This document shows positions 9,376 to 19,380 of a stretch of 64,000 nt of DNA, one piece after another. The position numbers and the translations under genes are program-made. Numbering within the stretch: the stretch's first letter is position 1; every line of letters begins with the position of its first letter. Source of the DNA: an uncultured virus (IMG/VR IMGVR_UViG_3300031853_000026) (taxonomy: Duplodnaviria; Heunggongvirae; Uroviricota; Caudoviricetes); IMG/VR virus record IMGVR_UViG_3300031853_000026; one strand, given 5' to 3'. The notes below the pieces were generated by a model that saw only the letters and a program-made list of their open reading frames with translations, had not been told where the DNA came from and did not search any database.

Positions 9376-10395
9376 TTATTCTTTGCGTTCCCCGTTATAT
9401 TTATTGTTATGTGTTAGTGCACCTGCACCATACATTATACCACCAGCAGCAGTAAGGGCACCTGCCCCTATTAATATATTCCTACCTGAATTAAATGGTT
9501 TCTGGTCATTGCTGGGGTTAGGAGGCGGTGATTGTTGAGACGTATTTTGATTATTTGTATTTATCGTATTTTGATTATTTGTATTTATCGTATTTTGGCT
9601 GTTTATATTTGTCGTATTTGTTGCCCTTTTAGCTGCTCTTTTAGCATCTTCAGCTCTGTCAAATTTTATATCATCTAACACACTTTCCTCAACGTCTTTA
9701 CCTGTTCTATGTCCTATAAGATTTCCGTAAGTATCGTGATAAGATCCATAATCAGACTTTTTTGTGCCAAATGTATTTACCGTATCTACTCCATTAATGA
9801 AATCATTTTTATTTGAGTAAACTGTATTGTAGTGTATGTTCATTCCATTGTTTGTATATGTATGAACTGGTCCTACCCCTTCGTGGACATTCCCCCTACG
9901 TAATGCATTCAGCGCACCCTCATCGGTGATCTCTACCATATTACCTTTCGCATCCATTTTATAGTATTTTCCCCCATATTCATAGGCTTGCCCATATTGT
10001 TTACGTTCAATAGCCCTAGATTGTAAAGAATCCTTGTTTTGCAATGCCTTGATATCTTCACCAGTTGCTTCTCCATTAGCCATACGATTCATCATGTTAA
10101 CTTCTGCCTGACTCCGTTCCATGCCTTCTTCTACATGGTAATTATGTAATTTTATAGCAGTGCTTCTTTCCTCAAGTTTTTTCTCAGCCAATTCTCTCTT
10201 CCTTGCTAATAATTCATCCAATTCTTTATCAGTTAAGTTATTTATTCCCAGCTTTTTTTGCATACGTGCTCTATATTTTTCTCTAAAAGCGTTCATATTG
10301 AAATTAGTATCTTTGACTATCTTCCCGGTTGCTTGGTCAAGGTGTTGTCCAATACCAGATAGCATACCGAAATATTTTGTTCTATATAATATCAT
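9376..10395 (-). CDS. Hypothetical protein, MILYRTKxF N-terminal leader family, C-terminal hydrophobic Gly/Ala segment
   Basis: Starts MILYRTKYFG; Asn-rich repeat; ILIGAGALTAAGGIMYGAGAL near the C-terminus. Confidence 0.85.
   Translation of the reverse strand: MILYRTKYFGMLSGIGQHLDQATGKIVKDTNFNMNAFREKYRARMQKKLGINNLTDKELDELLARKRELAEKKLEERSTAIKLHNYHVEEGMERSQAEVNMMNRMANGEATGEDIKALQNKDSLQSRAIERKQYGQAYEYGGKYYKMDAKGNMVEITDEGALNALRRGNVHEGVGPVHTYTNNGMNIHYNTVYSNKNDFINGVDTVNTFGTKKSDYGSYHDTYGNLIGHRTGKDVEESVLDDIKFDRAEDAKRAAKRATNTTNINSQNTINTNNQNTINTNNQNTSQQSPPPNPSNDQKPFNSGRNILIGAGALTAAGGIMYGAGALTHNNKYNGERKE
9541..9597. repeat. 24-bp tandem repeat encoding NTINTNNQ
   Basis: CGTATTTTGATTATTTGTATTTAT x2 plus a partial copy. 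Confidence 0.85.
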
Positions 10396-10554
10396 CAGTA
10401 ATAATAATTAAATTAAAGTTAGTTTCTTATTTTATATTATTTAATATAAGGTATTTAAAAAAAAAACGGTAATATAAATGGATTACATAAATTTATTTGT
10501 TCAGTAAGGATTTTGTCAAATAAATATTCCAGTAGATACCACCCTCCTTCACAC

Positions 10555-10608
10555 AATAAAAAAAAACATTAATAAGAATCAATTTAAAAATTCTTATTAA
10601 TGTTTTTT
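10555..10608. repeat. 54-bp direct repeat, copy 1 (terminator hairpin)
   Basis: AATAAAAAAAAACATTAATAAGAATCAATTTAAAAATTCTTATTAATGTTTTTT; identical to 11651-11704. Confidence 0.95.
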
Positions 10609-10752
10609 ATTCATTTTATTTAAATCTTTACTTATTATTGAAGAGGTATAGCTAGTTCTTGGCGTGAATTAAACAAAAAATATCAAAAACCTAAAAACCT
10701 CATAACAGAGAATTAATAGTTCTTTGGAAATAACAATAAATTTATAAAAAAA

Positions 10753-11652
10753 ATGACAGAAATATTGAAATCCTCATTTAGCGATTCCTATGACGGAATG
10801 TTGATGGAATTGAAAGATTCAAATCAAACCTGGACATATAACAGAGAAACAAGAGAAGGATTGATTGAATCTATCCCGAACAAAGTAATGCAGTTACAGA
10901 ATGGATCTTGCAGATGGAATGATTATCTCAAAAAAGTGGATGAGAGATCGCTTAACATGAACATGTTAATCTTAGGCCTCTACCCTCACTTGATCTTCAT
11001 CCCAATTAAATGGAAAAGAGTAATAGATCCAATTACGAAATATGTAGATTACGAATATAGTCTAACAGATTGCAGTGATTACTTCAAAGTAACAGAGGTA
11101 CTTGGCACTGTAAAAAATTGTTGGAGCAAGAAATCTAGAAAAGAGATAGAGAAAATATTAGTAGACGACCTTCACATCTTCGAGGATAAAAAGGATTGTA
11201 TATATAATTTTCAATTCTACAACGGAGCTGGTGGTGTTGGAAATCATATCTATTTCTCAGAAAGATTAACAATGGCAGGTATCGAATTTTCTGATGAATT
11301 TAATACATTCTTCATTGAATCTGGAAAAACATTCAAAGAAAAAGATATCAACAGTCCTATTTTCGTAACTGACCTTTCCTTTAAATATGCGATAGTAAAT
11401 CCACGCTTATGTGGATTTAACGTCAATATGAGAAGAGACGATAAGAATCGTTGGTCTGATACTGTTTTCTTCAGTATTCCAAGTACGATATTGGATAAAG
11501 TCATTATGACAATTCCAGACAAAATTGCGGATTTTTACACATCAGCTAAAGAAGATTGTATATCTGAACCAAGCAACAATGTAAAAATTGAATCACATGG
11601 ATTCAATACTAAATACTCATTTAGACCTAATATGAAAAACAGGCCTAAATAA
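10753..11652 (+). CDS. Hypothetical protein flanked by 54-bp direct repeats
   Basis: 299-aa ORF with A-rich start context and its own promoter-like motif at about 10690-10710. Confidence 0.85.
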   Translation: MTEILKSSFSDSYDGMLMELKDSNQTWTYNRETREGLIESIPNKVMQLQNGSCRWNDYLKKVDERSLNMNMLILGLYPHLIFIPIKWKRVIDPITKYVDYEYSLTDCSDYFKVTEVLGTVKNCWSKKSRKEIEKILVDDLHIFEDKKDCIYNFQFYNGAGGVGNHIYFSERLTMAGIEFSDEFNTFFIESGKTFKEKDINSPIFVTDLSFKYAIVNPRLCGFNVNMRRDDKNRWSDTVFFSIPSTILDKVIMTIPDKIADFYTSAKEDCISEPSNNVKIESHGFNTKYSFRPNMKNRPK

Positions 11653-11704
11653 TAAAAAAAAACATTAATAAGAATCAATTTAAAAATTCTTATTAATGTT
11701 TTTT
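11651..11704. repeat. 54-bp direct repeat, copy 2 (bidirectional terminator between convergent genes)
   Basis: Identical to 10555-10608. Confidence 0.95.
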
Positions 11705-11709
11705 TTTAT

Positions 11710-12183
11710 TTAGTCTTTATCAAAGAGTTCTTCTGAATTTTCAATATACCAGATGTGATTTTTCAAATTTGGGCTATCACAAATACGTTTGCCGTAATGA
11801 CAACCTGTCCCTAAAAAATCAAAAGCATTACGGATATGATCATCCAACATTTCAATCCAATCAGAAATATGGAACAATTGGGGCATACCGCAATCCTCTT
11901 CACAAAAGATCTGAATTTTATCCTCTTCCGCTTGTTTAAGCAACTCAAAGAATTCTTTCTTTCCTTTAAAAAGATAGAAGGAATCTTTGCTTTCCTTGAT
12001 TTCTTCTTCTGTTACTTCATGCTTCAAAGGATAATGCATCTTCTTCAGAAGCCGCAACACTTGCTCGTCTGTGAGAGACAACCGATAAACATCACAAGTC
12101 TCTGAAACAATTTCGTTTTCCCGAAATATTATTGCATTCGGGACATATTTCTTCTCCTTTGTCGTCAAAATTTCTTCTCTCAT
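11710..12183 (-). CDS. Hypothetical protein, paralog family A
   Basis: PNAIIF..EIVSETCDVY..FYL..CG..DW..NHIWYI, shared with neighbours. Confidence 0.85.
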   Translation of the reverse strand: MREEILTTKEKKYVPNAIIFRENEIVSETCDVYRLSLTDEQVLRLLKKMHYPLKHEVTEEEIKESKDSFYLFKGKKEFFELLKQAEEDKIQIFCEEDCGMPQLFHISDWIEMLDDHIRNAFDFLGTGCHYGKRICDSPNLKNHIWYIENSEELFDKD

Positions 12184-12190
12184 TTTTATT

Positions 12191-12607
12191 TTATATAGTG
12201 AGTGTTACAAAATCAGTTCCTTCTTGGAAATTATCCAAAATTTGCATGACAAAATCTTTTCCAGCTGGAGTCAATTTATCTGCAAAATCAGCAACCTCTT
12301 TTCTGGTTGTAAGCATCATAAATTCAGACTCAGACTCAATAAAATCATACGGATTGAACTTTGAAAAATCCCAAAATGAATTAGAATCACCCCAAAGAAT
12401 TTCCTTATAACACAGAATTCGTGTCTTTACTCTTTTTGATGAAGCCCAGAAATAGCCTGGTTTGATTCTTTTTCTTTTCTTCCTCGTTTTTATGAAGTGG
12501 GGAATATAGAGTTTTCCCCTTATTTTGTCAACAAGTTCTTTATCTACTCCTAAGTCATAGAACTTAGGAGACCTCTTCACGATTCGTTTATGCGATATTC
12601 CGATCAT
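12191..12607 (-). CDS. Hypothetical protein
   Basis: 138-aa ORF in operon. Confidence 0.75.
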   Translation of the reverse strand: MIGISHKRIVKRSPKFYDLGVDKELVDKIRGKLYIPHFIKTRKKRKRIKPGYFWASSKRVKTRILCYKEILWGDSNSFWDFSKFNPYDFIESESEFMMLTTRKEVADFADKLTPAGKDFVMQILDNFQEGTDFVTLTI

Positions 12608-13753
12608 TTATTTTTTGTTAATCCAATAATCGTAACAATTGTTAATAAATTCGTAGATAGTCTCTCTGGTGAACGGGAAATCACCTTCTCTTTTCTCGAT
12701 TTTTATCAAAGGAGGCGTACCGTACTTCCAACCAGAGACATTGCTGATTATCTTGTCAATTTGGTTATACACATTCCAACTAACAAATTCAGGAATATGT
12801 ATTTGACTCTCGATCAGTTCATAGTACTTGGCTTTACTACATGTTCTTTTAAATTTGTGATCATACAACCAATCTACAAGCTTATCTATGATTGAGCCGG
12901 CTATGTATTTATCTTCTTGTGGTTTAGACAGATATACAACATAGCAACCATCCACCGTCTTTCGGATATTCTGGATTAATCCACACTGGATAAACTCTTC
13001 TACTTCCTCCTCATCCCAAGAAAAATTTGGTTTGATTAGATAGTAGTTTCCTTTTTTTGAAGATTCAGTGAATTTCCAGTAGTTGTCAGTTACCTTCCAA
13101 CTAAGCTCCTCAGTCATTACGATGTTGTTATAATAGTTGAAAAGCAGATTATCGGTTTTAATCGTTATATCACAAAACCAGGGGTAAAGAAGATTACCCC
13201 AGAAATTTTCGCGAATATTTATGTCCCTTAAAAGGGTTATTTTACATTTTCCCTTTAACGAACAATAATTGGTGAATTTAACCGATTTTGGCGTTGAGTT
13301 TTTAAGGATGATTTCAGAGGAATACAACCTCAACCTGGCCAATGCCCTGGTGGGAAAGAAGTAAATAAAGTTTCTGTTGTTCCGAGACTTAACGACTTTA
13401 GTGCCGTTCATACTCTCTGAGCCCAAATATTCATCTACTATTTCCCACCAACTCCGTAGGCTAGTTATCTGGATATTATATCCACAACCAGTATCACAGA
13501 AAATCAGAGATTCAAGACATCCTGTGTCTTCATGTGAATGAAGAACTTCCTTGTAAAAATCTTTTTTGATACTTACAAGATAAAATTCACCGTCAGAGCC
13601 ACAGTAATCCTTGAAGGATTTGATACTATGGTATGGTTTTTTGTATTTCGTGTATTGGTCGATAAGACTCTTTTCCTGGATCTCTGTAAGAATTAATCTC
13701 TTCAGATCACAGGTTTTTTCAATAATCTCTCGACCTTGATAAGTTATGCTCAT
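12608..13753 (-). CDS. Hypothetical protein with an N-terminal family A domain
   Basis: EIIEKTCDL..LTEIQ..FYLV..GCG..SWW..KSRNNRNFIYF, plus an unrelated C-terminal extension. Confidence 0.85.
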   Translation of the reverse strand: MSITYQGREIIEKTCDLKRLILTEIQEKSLIDQYTKYKKPYHSIKSFKDYCGSDGEFYLVSIKKDFYKEVLHSHEDTGCLESLIFCDTGCGYNIQITSLRSWWEIVDEYLGSESMNGTKVVKSRNNRNFIYFFPTRALARLRLYSSEIILKNSTPKSVKFTNYCSLKGKCKITLLRDINIRENFWGNLLYPWFCDITIKTDNLLFNYYNNIVMTEELSWKVTDNYWKFTESSKKGNYYLIKPNFSWDEEEVEEFIQCGLIQNIRKTVDGCYVVYLSKPQEDKYIAGSIIDKLVDWLYDHKFKRTCSKAKYYELIESQIHIPEFVSWNVYNQIDKIISNVSGWKYGTPPLIKIEKREGDFPFTRETIYEFINNCYDYWINKK

Positions 13754-14196
13754 TACTCCTCCTCTTCCTCTTCAAAAGTATCATTATGCAAGATCTTAAC
13801 AAATTTTCGGAAATCAGGACTGCATGATACGACCTTTTCATCAATGCAACAGAAATCGTTAATAGCGTCAAACAGCTCTCTCAGATTCGTAATTTCTTCA
13901 AAGACATCCTCGTTGGCAGTAGCTCTTCTCCAAAGGAACGTTTTCCCATTAGACAATTCATCTATCAATTCTTTATTTACTTCGAACAAATAGAAATCTA
14001 CATCATCAATCTCTTCCATTATAGGATCATCTTCAACCGTATAATACGGAGAGAGTTTGCTGTATTTTTCCTTCTTCTTCTCAGTATCGAACTGGAATTT
14101 GCTGATGTTACATGTCTTCGTAATTATTTCCCCATAAGAGAGAATTACTGAATTCGGAACATATTTTATGTCCGTTATTGTGTTTATTCTTTCCAT
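13753..14196 (-). CDS. Hypothetical protein, paralog family A
   Basis: KYVPNSVIL..EIITKTCNI..DFYLF. Confidence 0.85.
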   Translation of the reverse strand: MERINTITDIKYVPNSVILSYGEIITKTCNISKFQFDTEKKKEKYSKLSPYYTVEDDPIMEEIDDVDFYLFEVNKELIDELSNGKTFLWRRATANEDVFEEITNLRELFDAINDFCCIDEKVVSCSPDFRKFVKILHNDTFEEEEEE

Positions 14197-14213
14197 TTTT
14201 TTTATTGTGTTTT

Positions 14214-14639
14214 TTATTCTTTTTCAAAAATATCATTATCAATAAACCAAATCTGATTTCTACAATCTCCGCTTTTCGTTATGAGATCAAAATCGTAAAG
14301 ACAGGTACTAATACCACATGACCAGTCCAATAAATCCTTTATTTCTCCTACAAGACATCCTGAGCCATACAAGAAAAACTTGATTTCACCACTTTCGAGA
14401 TCTTTAAGAAAGCTATCCTTACATTTAATCAGATAAAAATCAGCATTTGTGTATTCCCAACTAGATTCGATCTCTTCTGGTTTCAGATAATCGTACCAAC
14501 CAGATAAATGTTTCTTAAATTGTTTTAGCTTTTGTTCTTTTGTGAGGTTGAACTTGTAAATATCACAAGTCTTTGAAATAAAATCTTCCTCTTCCTTCGA
14601 GAAGACAACAGCATTCAAAGTATATTTATTGTTCTCCAT
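14214..14639 (-). CDS. Hypothetical protein, paralog family A
   Basis: NAVVF..FISKTCDIY..LTKEQ..DFYLI..GC..DW..KSGDCRNQIWFI. Confidence 0.85.
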   Translation of the reverse strand: MENNKYTLNAVVFSKEEEDFISKTCDIYKFNLTKEQKLKQFKKHLSGWYDYLKPEEIESSWEYTNADFYLIKCKDSFLKDLESGEIKFFLYGSGCLVGEIKDLLDWSCGISTCLYDFDLITKSGDCRNQIWFIDNDIFEKE

Positions 14640-14640
14640 T

Positions 14641-15096
14641 TTATTCGTCTTTTTTTAATCCTTTGAATCTTAACCTTTTCATAGTATCAGAGCTGATAAA
14701 CCATATTTGATTAAGTTCAGATTTACTTTTTGAGATCAATTCATTCACCTTGTAATCTTCGTGCTCAAGGTACTCCCCAACATACTCGCACCAATCTGAT
14801 TTCGGATCAAAATAATCAGTATCAAATTCATCGTCTGTTTGGTAGTAACAACAATCCGTGCTCCTTGTACCTATTCCATTTTGCTTGAGATATTCATCAG
14901 AAAATTGAACAAGGTAAAAATCACCTTTACGTTTTTCTATCGAAGGGTAGTATTTTGCTTTCTGACCCAGAGATTTCGCCTGATCTTCATTCAACTCCAG
15001 CTTATAAACCTTGCTGAGTTTACTAATAATATCAGTGTTGTAGAAATAGAAACATCTCTCTGCTACTTGGTCACTGAATTGAATTTGTTCTCTCAT
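14641..15096 (-). CDS. Hypothetical protein, paralog family A
   Basis: DIISKLSKVY..LNEDQ..DFYLV..DW..KS..NQIWFI. Confidence 0.85.
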   Translation of the reverse strand: MREQIQFSDQVAERCFYFYNTDIISKLSKVYKLELNEDQAKSLGQKAKYYPSIEKRKGDFYLVQFSDEYLKQNGIGTRSTDCCYYQTDDEFDTDYFDPKSDWCEYVGEYLEHEDYKVNELISKSKSELNQIWFISSDTMKRLRFKGLKKDE

Positions 15097-15329
15097 TTTG
15101 AATTTGTTTCATCTATTCTTAATAAATTAGATAATTCTGTCCAATACAATACATCACTGTCATCTATTTTACAGCACCATCTGTATTGTATCCAATGCTT
15201 ACCTGTCCATTCACCCTCCGCAACTCCATGTGTAGAAGCAATGAGGACAGAGTGGTTTATGTCAGGCTTTTTCGTATTACTGTTTCGATTATCATTCCAG
15301 ATAAAAGAACATTTAATACCACTTTTCAT
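15093..15329 (-). CDS. Small hypothetical protein
   Basis: 78 aa, overlaps the next start, Trp-rich (EGEWTGKHW..VLYW). Confidence 0.7.
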   Translation of the reverse strand: MKSGIKCSFIWNDNRNSNTKKPDINHSVLIASTHGVAEGEWTGKHWIQYRWCCKIDDSDVLYWTELSNLLRIDETNSK

Positions 15330-15478
15330 GTTTTTCTTTGTTAATTATTTCTTTTTATTAGGAAAAGAGGGGGATAAAATTACTTACAAATTTGATAAAA
15401 CAGAAACCTCCAAAGCCATATATATGAACACAATTATTTATTTTTTATTTTTACTTCCTCTTAATCTTTAAAAAAATT

Positions 15479-15748
15479 ATGAGAAATTACAAATTTTCAT
15501 TTTCGCTGCCGACCGGAGAGGTGACAGCGAATATCGCCTCGATGGAGAGCGAAATCTCCATCAAAGGAGCGCTGAACAACGCGCTCAAATACACCGAAGT
15601 GAGGGTAAAAGAAGTATGCCGCTCTTCGAGTGGCGACAACTTCTATGCCGCTTTCTTCTGGAAAAAGGGGGCAGCCAATGACGCCCCCTCGCTGTCCTAC
15701 GCTGAAGACTTCGGTCCAATCTACCTGGATGAGGGAGACTACAAGTAG
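15479..15748 (+). CDS. Hypothetical protein (higher-GC stand-alone cassette)
   Basis: Promoter-like motif at 15406-15429, CA-rich tail and terminator. Confidence 0.8.
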   Translation: MRNYKFSFSLPTGEVTANIASMESEISIKGALNNALKYTEVRVKEVCRSSSGDNFYAAFFWKKGAANDAPSLSYAEDFGPIYLDEGDYK

Positions 15749-15783
15749 CTCCTCGTCCACGCACACGCACCACGCACACTAGT

Positions 15784-15836
15784 AAAAAAATTCATATAGA
15801 AATTACAGTTAAGTAACTCTATATGAATTTTTTTTT
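15784..15836. terminator. Bidirectional intrinsic terminator
   Basis: A7-TTCATATAGA...TCTATATGAA-T-run; closely similar to 26417-26469. Confidence 0.8.
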
Positions 15837-16299
15837 ATTTCTTAAAGAATGGAGATAAAGGAGAGAGTTCTTGTATTGCTTTCTTCCACAATTCTGCATG
15901 CTCTCGTGGTGATAGTTTTCTCCTCTCTATTGATTTTTCCCTCATTTCTTTTCTGGATTTTTCAACTCCTATCCAATATCCTTTATGTTGTTCTGCTAAT
16001 TTCATAACATTAGACCAATCCTCATTGATATAATCCTCTGTATATTTTTTATTAGATGGTAATTTTGGTAAAGGTGTATTCTCTATTGCGAATCTTGTTG
16101 ACTGATCCGTAAAATATGATAATACGCTAGACCAACCACATAGCTCTTTTAACTTGTTCTTTTTAATTTGACGAGTTATGTAAAGTTTTCTTATAGCTTT
16201 ACCTAAAAATTCACCTCTATCATAATTATTAACAAACAACTCGTAATCTTTCATGGAATTGTAATATCCTGCTTCAATTTTTTGTGTAAAGAATCCCAT
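15835..16299 (-). CDS. Hypothetical protein
   Basis: 154-aa ORF. Confidence 0.8.
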   Translation of the reverse strand: MGFFTQKIEAGYYNSMKDYELFVNNYDRGEFLGKAIRKLYITRQIKKNKLKELCGWSSVLSYFTDQSTRFAIENTPLPKLPSNKKYTEDYINEDWSNVMKLAEQHKGYWIGVEKSRKEMREKSIERRKLSPREHAELWKKAIQELSPLSPFFKK

Positions 16300-16384
16300 A
16301 TATTTTGTGTAAAAAAAGAAAAGAGTTATATTTTTTGAATATAACCCTTTTCAGATTGCGAAATTATTAGCGAAATATTATGGA

Positions 16385-17032
16385 TTACTTTGCGGCTTCC
16401 TCGGGAAATTCATCGCTGAAGAGCTCATCGATAGAGTGAGCAATCACGATCCTGTTGCGAATCTCTTCTTCGTCGAGGTTGAATCTCTTGCACAGTCTGG
16501 TGATGTAGCGATCACAGTCTGGTAACACCGTGTTGTTTATCGCTTTCCAGAAGTGGATATTGTCTTTCCACTCCTCTTCGGTGCCAAGGATTACAATACC
16601 AGCGAACACCTTCTGTCCTGTTACTACGTCGAGGATAAGACCCATGGTTTCGACTGCGAATGCGGGACCGGATTGACGCGGGGTAAGACCCTGAAGGCCG
16701 ATTTTGCTGTCCTCCTTCTTGAAGTTCTCGACTTTGCCGTGTGCGTTGGTCCATCCCTTTACTTGGGGATCGAATCCCTCGGGCAATCCCAACTCTTTCA
16801 TCTTTTCGTTGAGAGCATCGCGCCAGGGGTCACCGTTGCAGGTACCAAGCTCAATCACCTCGTTCTCCCTTGTTGTGTAGGGAATGTGAACTTCTTCGGT
16901 GCTGATTACGTTACCTTCAGCGTCACGGTTCTTTCTTATGCCGTCTGCTACTCCTTCACGGATTACGTTGCAGCTTGTTACATCAAATGCTGCTCTCCAC
17001 TTAGCCAAATTTGTCATTTTTGCTTTTGCCAT
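16385..17032 (-). CDS. Hypothetical protein (higher GC)
   Basis: 215-aa ORF behind a promoter-hairpin module. Confidence 0.85.
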   Translation of the reverse strand: MAKAKMTNLAKWRAAFDVTSCNVIREGVADGIRKNRDAEGNVISTEEVHIPYTTRENEVIELGTCNGDPWRDALNEKMKELGLPEGFDPQVKGWTNAHGKVENFKKEDSKIGLQGLTPRQSGPAFAVETMGLILDVVTGQKVFAGIVILGTEEEWKDNIHFWKAINNTVLPDCDRYITRLCKRFNLDEEEIRNRIVIAHSIDELFSDEFPEEAAK

Positions 17033-17085
17033 TTTTTTTTGTTGTATTTAAAATTGTTAAACATTTGTTAATTTAGATTTCGAAA

Positions 17086-17163
17086 TAAAAAGGAGAGTAT
17101 AATAATATCAAAATTTTTTATGTTTTTAATATTATTATACTCTCATATATTAAGATTTGAGGG
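17086..17163 (-). promoter_or_regulatory. Promoter-like motif + hairpin + U-tract module
   Basis: CCCTCAAATCTTAATATAT-GAGAGTATAATAATAT...ATATTATTATACTCTC-CTTTTT. Confidence 0.65.
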
Positions 17164-17548
17164 TTTTTCTCTTACTTGTCTTTTTGTACTTCCTTTGTAG
17201 ACGCTTGTAAAAGTTGAACCAGTCAACACACCTACATTTGCTTTTTGTAAATGCCGTAGATCTATTCTTCCAAAGATACTCATCTAAACCATCCAAGGGC
17301 TGATCAAAGATCTCTTCTATCATCTTCTCATCATAATACCACTCTCTCTTATACCTACTCAATCCTTTCAAATGTAGATAATTGTGAATCTTCATCTCAT
17401 CAATCTTGTTGCCATTGATCACTTTTATTACCTTGCAGTTGGGATTATGTGTAGTATATACAGATAACCTAGCCTTCAAATCAGTCGTGAAACCAATCTT
17501 GTATACAGTGCTTCCTTCCGAATCAATACTTGTCAAACAATATATCAT
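17150..17548 (-). CDS. GIY-YIG-like (T5orf172/MUG113-type) nuclease domain protein
   Basis: MIYCL...YKIGFTTDLKARL..Y..HNP...DE..IH..L...REWY. Confidence 0.7.
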   Translation of the reverse strand: MIYCLTSIDSEGSTVYKIGFTTDLKARLSVYTTHNPNCKVIKVINGNKIDEMKIHNYLHLKGLSRYKREWYYDEKMIEEIFDQPLDGLDEYLWKNRSTAFTKSKCRCVDWFNFYKRLQRKYKKTSKRKTLKS

Positions 17549-17722
17549 GATCTTTTATTTTTAATGTTAAACATATTGAGTATCAGATAGTTACTCAATT
17601 GTTAGATTAGAAGGGATTATTAATGGAGTTTTAGTTATTTTGAGAAGAAAAAAAAAATATACACATAGACTATTCTTTGCATTAGTTCTATGTGTATATT
17701 TTTTAGTGGGAAAGTGTGTGTG

Positions 17723-18103
17723 TTAGTGGTTGAATTCAGACAATTGGATGAAGACCTGACTTTCTTCGAGATCTGCAACCACGGTCACATCCGGATCACG
17801 CGATTCACTCTTAACGATCCCTATTCTTCTGAATTTGATCAGACATTTACTGTCAAATTCTTTCAGTGAAAGGGTCGTAGGAATGAAGTCCTCTACAGCT
17901 ATCGTTCCTGGATCTATCAAATTCTTCAAGATCTCAGCTAAAGCCGAACAAATGGCTGGGTAACTCTTTGATTTCTCTTTTAAGTTACCTAATACCGAGA
18001 AACTTATTTTCCCGTCAGGGTCAGTGACTCTTGGGTCGAGGTTGAAGGAAACTCGAATTTCCTTCTTCTCTACTACGGAATAAGATGAAGTTTTAGTTGC
18101 CAT
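17723..18103 (-). CDS. Hypothetical protein
   Basis: 126-aa ORF followed by a CACACACAC tail and terminator (17648-17704). Confidence 0.8.
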   Translation of the reverse strand: MATKTSSYSVVEKKEIRVSFNLDPRVTDPDGKISFSVLGNLKEKSKSYPAICSALAEILKNLIDPGTIAVEDFIPTTLSLKEFDSKCLIKFRRIGIVKSESRDPDVTVVADLEESQVFIQLSEFNH

Positions 18104-18518
18104 ACTTCACCTCCTTTATTAGTGAGAATTCAGAATTGGTTCCGTCCTCGAGCTTCTTGACCCAGTAGTTATACTGGTCAATGTCGAGGGGTCTGTCGAA
18201 CCTACCCTCTAATCCCAAAATAGGGAAATTGAGGCAGGCTACAACTTCCTCCTTGTTGCAGTCATTGTGCTTTCTCCAAACAATGAAACTACCGTCTTCT
18301 AGTACAGCCACCTCATGGTAGCATGTTCTCTGAAGGGACCAGTCTTTAATCGGGAGAGGAACTCTCGAATGAGAATTCCTTCCGTAGAAAGGTTGGGCTG
18401 TGAGCGGGTTTCGGCCTTGCTCTTCTGCGGAGTTGCACTCGCTCTTTATGAGCGCTGCAACGATCCACATCACTAACCTCTGGTCCGTGGGTCGAATAAT
18501 TGAATTTGAATTTGTCAT
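18093..18518 (-). CDS. Hypothetical protein
   Basis: 141-aa ORF with A-run start context. Confidence 0.8.
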   Translation of the reverse strand: MTNSNSIIRPTDQRLVMWIVAALIKSECNSAEEQGRNPLTAQPFYGRNSHSRVPLPIKDWSLQRTCYHEVAVLEDGSFIVWRKHNDCNKEEVVACLNFPILGLEGRFDRPLDIDQYNYWVKKLEDGTNSEFSLIKEVKYGN

Positions 18519-18537
18519 TTTTTTTTGTTTTTAATTG

Positions 18538-19278
18538 TTAATACTTAACCTTGTAATGATAATCCATACCGAATACGAATGTATCCGATAAAGGAAGATC
18601 ATCAGAAGGTTGTTGCTGTTGTTGCGTTGTAGTTGCAAAGATGTACAACTTCCTCAACCAAGTCTCAAAATTTAGGTCCATTTGGGCGAAGAGTTTTTTC
18701 TTCTTACCCTCCTGAATACTCAATTCTGGGTGGTCGGGAATCAGTACATCTATACCAATGGATGTTTTTGAATAATGAAAACCATCCCAGTCCCAATCAA
18801 CATTTGATATTAGAACGGAGAAGATTTTCTTATCCGGTTCTCCATTATCATCCAGACTGGATATTTTGATTTCCATAGTCTGGGATATGGGAAATTCAAA
18901 GATAATTTCCATTGCGAGGTAGCTAACCCTGCTACTGAAATACTTCAGCTTCAAAATGTTAGTACCATCATCAAATGAAAAATCTTGAATTTTCCATTTC
19001 TTACCGTTTATCACGGCGTCAAGGATCTTTGGAGGAGATCCTTCCTCAGTAGGCTCTAGAAGCTCCTTAAAAACCCGGAATGGGCTTATAATTGGCCTTT
19101 GAGCTTTTACTTCACCACCAGACTGAGGAATTCTGATGGTGGGAACTTTGTCTATTTTGAGATAGTCTTTCGACAAATTCAAATAGAATTCATTGAAAGA
19201 CTTCAAAAACTCCATGACAAAGTTTATTATATATTCATAACCGGGAGTCTCGGTTAATTTATAGTAAGGAATTTCCAT
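18538..19278 (-). CDS. Hypothetical protein
   Basis: 246-aa ORF. Confidence 0.85.
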   Translation of the reverse strand: MEIPYYKLTETPGYEYIINFVMEFLKSFNEFYLNLSKDYLKIDKVPTIRIPQSGGEVKAQRPIISPFRVFKELLEPTEEGSPPKILDAVINGKKWKIQDFSFDDGTNILKLKYFSSRVSYLAMEIIFEFPISQTMEIKISSLDDNGEPDKKIFSVLISNVDWDWDGFHYSKTSIGIDVLIPDHPELSIQEGKKKKLFAQMDLNFETWLRKLYIFATTTQQQQQPSDDLPLSDTFVFGMDYHYKVKY

Positions 19279-19311
19279 TTTTTTTTTAAATTTAAGTTAT
19301 TACTTGAAAAA

Positions 19312-19377
19312 TAAAAAGAGAGAATATAGATAAATTTTTCATCATCTATATTCTCTCTTTTATAAGAGTTTGAGAAG
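19312..19377 (-). promoter_or_regulatory. Promoter-like motif + hairpin + U-tract module
   Basis: CTTCTCAAACTCTTATA-AAAGAGAGAATATAGAT...ATCTATATTCTCTCTTTT. Confidence 0.65.
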
Positions 19378-19380
19378 AAC

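Noticed and set aside
10555..11704. CRISPR array
   Set aside because: There are only two repeats, about 1.1 kb apart, with terminator structure. No regularly spaced repeat-spacer array or cas genes were seen anywhere in the window.
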